Under the pieces are notes generated by a model. It did no database searches, had not been told where the DNA came from, and saw only the letters and a program-made list of their open reading frames with translations. DNA of 64,000 bases, taken from assembly GCF_963921235.1 (NCBI RefSeq), contig NC_086108.1:96908001-96972000 (forward strand), given 5' to 3'. Source of the DNA: Mobula hypostoma (taxonomy: Eukaryota). Below, in pieces: positions 60,701 to 64,000 of the stretch. Every line of letters begins with the position of its first letter. Position 1 is the stretch's first letter. The position numbers were made by a program, and so were the translations under genes.

Positions 60701-63329
60701 TCTCTTCGGTTCCTAATGAACACATGCAATCTTCCGTCCTTAACCGTCCCAAAGTTACAAGTTCCATTTCCTGGGTCTTTTTTTTGGAGAGATCGTAACA
60801 AGGTTGAGCTGCAGATTGTTAGAGGCGCAATTTATCTGATTGGTTTAAACTCATTGTACTTGCAAGTTTGTTTCCGAGTAATGTGTTTACCGCAGGATAA
60901 GTTATTGCATTTAGGCGTCGTGCCTGACACTATTGTAAAAGCTGTAAGCGGATCAATGAGAAGGCTTTATATGAAGTATTTTTTCATGTTAGTGCGGCAT
61001 GGAAGCAACCTCGTATAGATCATTGTCTATACATTTTATTTTTTATTCATACATCATCATCATTGAAACGTAAAATTTACGCTTTGAGCTGAAGATTTTA
61101 GGATTTCACAATTTTCTTTTTGGCGTCATCCATTTTATAAGATTACAACCCCCGCCCGTGGCTAACATCCTACATTCTAGATTGTGTAAAGTGCATCCCG
61201 CAATGTTGAAAAATACAGAGATCACACTTCTTAATATCCGCCTCCTGGTGAGCGCTTGATTCGACACATCAAAAACTTATTAAGGCTTTGGCTACAAGAG
61301 GGCAGTGCTTAGGGAGAGGTCTGTAGTCCGCACGAAGTCGGGAAGGAGCTGCATAAATCCATACCGCCGATTGGAAGATCACATTTCCAAAACAATGATC
61401 CCATTAACTATATTGACAGTCAAGCAAATGAAATTACCAGTCTTAATGCAAACTTCGGTCAGGGGCCTGGTCACTACCAGCTTCATGGCAGCCAAAATAA
61501 AAAGGAGGTGACCTGCCACTGCAGGACAATATTGAAGGACTGGTCACTCTTAGGTCTTGGATAGAAGGTGGTTAATTGCCGTGCCTTGTCTTTTGAGGGA
61601 GATTTTCTTGAGCTCTGTTTTACATTCAGGGTTGGTTTCTAGCAAGGTCCCCAGGCTAGCCCTATCTTGAGTTGGTAATCACCATGACGACTGCAATCTA
61701 TGAGAGTACAAATAATGGAGATGAAATAGACAAAAGATTAGCATGCCATGAAAAGTACAATAAGTTTCTTATTTAGCATTTAGATAACTGTCTTTGCTTA
61801 GGAGCAAGCTTCAAAGTTGAACCCAGTTTGGACCAAGAGGATTAATTCTTTCTCCAGCATGCTTCATTGAATCTCTCATTACCAAACTTTGTCTGTATTG
61901 ATGTAAGATTTGATTGAAGATTAGAGCATTTAGTAAATCTTGCTTTTCTGCATGTATCAGACCTTTTCAAGCACAGAGCGCAATGCTCACTGGTCAATAC
62001 CCTTACTTTTATCCAGCGTCTGCTTCATTTAAACTTAATCAACTCTATCAATGAACTGGAATGGGGAAACATCCCTGTGGTAGAGTGTTGTTCTTTTGTT
62101 AGATAATTCTTGCTCTCTTTCCCAATCTGTTAGCATTAAACCTAAAATCACACTATGATGAACTATTTCAATCAATATGGTAATCAAAGTTAGTCTGGGA
62201 TATCTGCAGGCAGTGCTTTCAGAAGTGAGAAGGAGGAACTGTCAAGATTGTAACATCATATTGCAGTGTCTTGTGAGCCTGTTTCCCTCTGCTTTCCTGT
62301 ATCAGTGACATTGAATATCACTCATAGCGGAAAATGATGCATCTTTTCAGGGACGGCTCATATGTCATATCTGGAGAGTAAAGCCAACTGATTGGGTGTA
62401 TGAATTATCTGGGTAGTTGCAGTGAGTTATTTGCACTGTTTCATACCAGTCAACAAGTTTCCAAGGTATCATTCAGATCCATCAAAAATGACAGGGTGCA
62501 TGTGAAGCTTTTACTGTGCAAATCTGGACCTCTTGTCCTTGCCTTGTTGGCTCTTACATCTGTACATCACATTTATACTGCTACCAGAAGAGCAATTTCA
62601 AAAATATTTGCAAGGAAAATGTATTCTTCCATCTGTTCTCAGGATCATAAATGTGCCATCTTTGGAGTCTTACCAATCTTAATAATATCTTTAATGGTCA
62701 ACGTGCATGTGATATACAGCACTCTATAAAATAGAGGTTTCACATCGTTCATTGTACTGCAGTTTATTAGTGTTCTTGGCTTTTCCATATGTTACAAGAG
62801 CAATGGAGGGTATATTGATGCAAATTTTGTTATAAATAGTGAAGGAAGCTAAATTATATGGGCCTTGCAAGCAATAAAGAAAGATTTTTTAATATAGCCT
62901 CTCACAATTTGACAGTTTCACAACTGCATGATGTTCTATCTACTTGCTATTCAGTCGGCTTCAAGAGGAACCGAAATATGTATACAAAACAACAATGCGA
63001 ATATATTCTAAAGAACGAAATAATGTGCTTAGAATTAAAGGCACTGTATGTTACATGTACAGATTACTAAATTAGTGCTAATACAGCCTTAAGAGTTAAT
63101 TTAATTGTTTGAGGAGACAATAATGTTCCACCTTTTTTAAAATATTATGAAATGACTTATCACTTGGAGTGTAAGACATTTAGAGAGAAATATAAGTCAG
63201 CTCTGTTGCTGCAAAGCATTTTTTTTGGCTTTACAATGGTAAAATATGCAGCTTATTGAAACTGGATGAGCAACGGAAGCCATTTTAAGGAGTTCGTGTT
63301 AAAATGAAAATTTGATTTGCATTCAATAT

Positions 63330-63582
63330 GGGGTTAGCATGGTAGGTAGCGCTTAGTGCTAGCGACCTGGGTTCAATTCCCACTGCTGTCTGTAAGGGGT
63401 TTGTACAGTGTATTCTCCCTGTGACTGTGTTGCTTTCCTCAGGTTGTTCTGGTTTCCTCCCACATCCCAAAGATGTACAGGTTAGTAAGTTAATTGGTCA
63501 CATGGGTGTAACTGGGCAGCACGGGATCGTTGGGCCAGAAGGTCCTGTTACCGTGCGGCATCTCTAAATAAGGTAAATAAAA
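63330..63582 (+). mobile_element. V-SINE
   Basis: B-box gggttcaattcc, V domain ttctggtttcctcccacatcccaaag, and a taaataa tail. Confidence 0.82.
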
Positions 63583-64000
63583 ACAAGCCGATCAAAGGTT
63601 ATCAGAACTTTTGTAAACTTATTCTTAATATCTCTGTAACATTATCAGACAGCAAGAGTATTGCCAGTTTTTTATTAATATCATATTTAGAAATTGGATT
63701 GTCAATGAGCAGTGCTTTGCCCTTGTGTGTGGTGAGATTGAGCATTGCTTGAAGAGAAGGGGCCAGTTTACTTTAATGACAGGCATTTCTGGCCTATTCC
63801 AAGCAGATACAGACTTAAACCGCTGCCTGCAGCGCAACCATTTAGTTTCTTTCACCTTATGTATTGGTAAAGAATGCTTGTCCTTTTGTATTATTAACCC
63901 TTTAACATCTTCTCCATATTAAGTTAAATTCAGCTTCAGTGTAATCAATTTAGCGAGGAATGTCACATTCTTTACCCGTTTCTAGTACTTGTGATCGAGT

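Larger units (their letters stand above)
47500..61400. promoter_or_regulatory. Large CpG-retaining, repeat-poor non-coding domain (candidate unmethylated developmental regulatory region)
   Basis: Hand counts: 16 CpG in 55861-56100 (240 bp), versus 2 in 5101-5700 and about 4 in 61501-62100 (600 bp each). Few TEs and no recognisable exons. Confidence 0.65.

Noticed and set aside
47500..64000. BARHL2 or other homeobox coding exons
   Set aside because: No homeodomain or BarH-like peptide in any listed ORF. If synteny holds, the gene lies outside the window.

Overview
This is eukaryotic, vertebrate DNA. The repeat complement (HE1-like V-SINEs, CR1, Rex1/Babar and Penelope elements) suggests a cartilaginous fish; that assignment is inference. 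Bases 1-5.1 kb hold the last three coding exons and the ~2.1 kb 3' UTR of ZNF644 (+ strand). One ZNF644 intron contains a 209-bp near-perfect palindrome derived from a Penelope-like element, with a minimal hammerhead-ribozyme motif on each strand. From ~6 to 47 kb is a CpG-depleted intergenic tract full of decayed and often nested mobile elements: CR1, Rex1/Babar, RTE, Penelope, Tc1, Tigger, mariner, a hAT MITE, SINEs and a probable solo LTR. From ~47.5 to 61.4 kb the sequence switches abruptly to a CpG-retaining, repeat-poor, gene-free domain with several homeodomain-site-rich blocks. It looks like an unmethylated developmental regulatory domain; by human synteny the likely target is BARHL2, which is not in the window. 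No other host protein gene, tRNA/rRNA gene or CRISPR array was seen. Almost all ORFs in the track are transposon fragments or chance ORFs. Repeat boundaries were read by eye and are approximate unless a TSD or TIR is cited.
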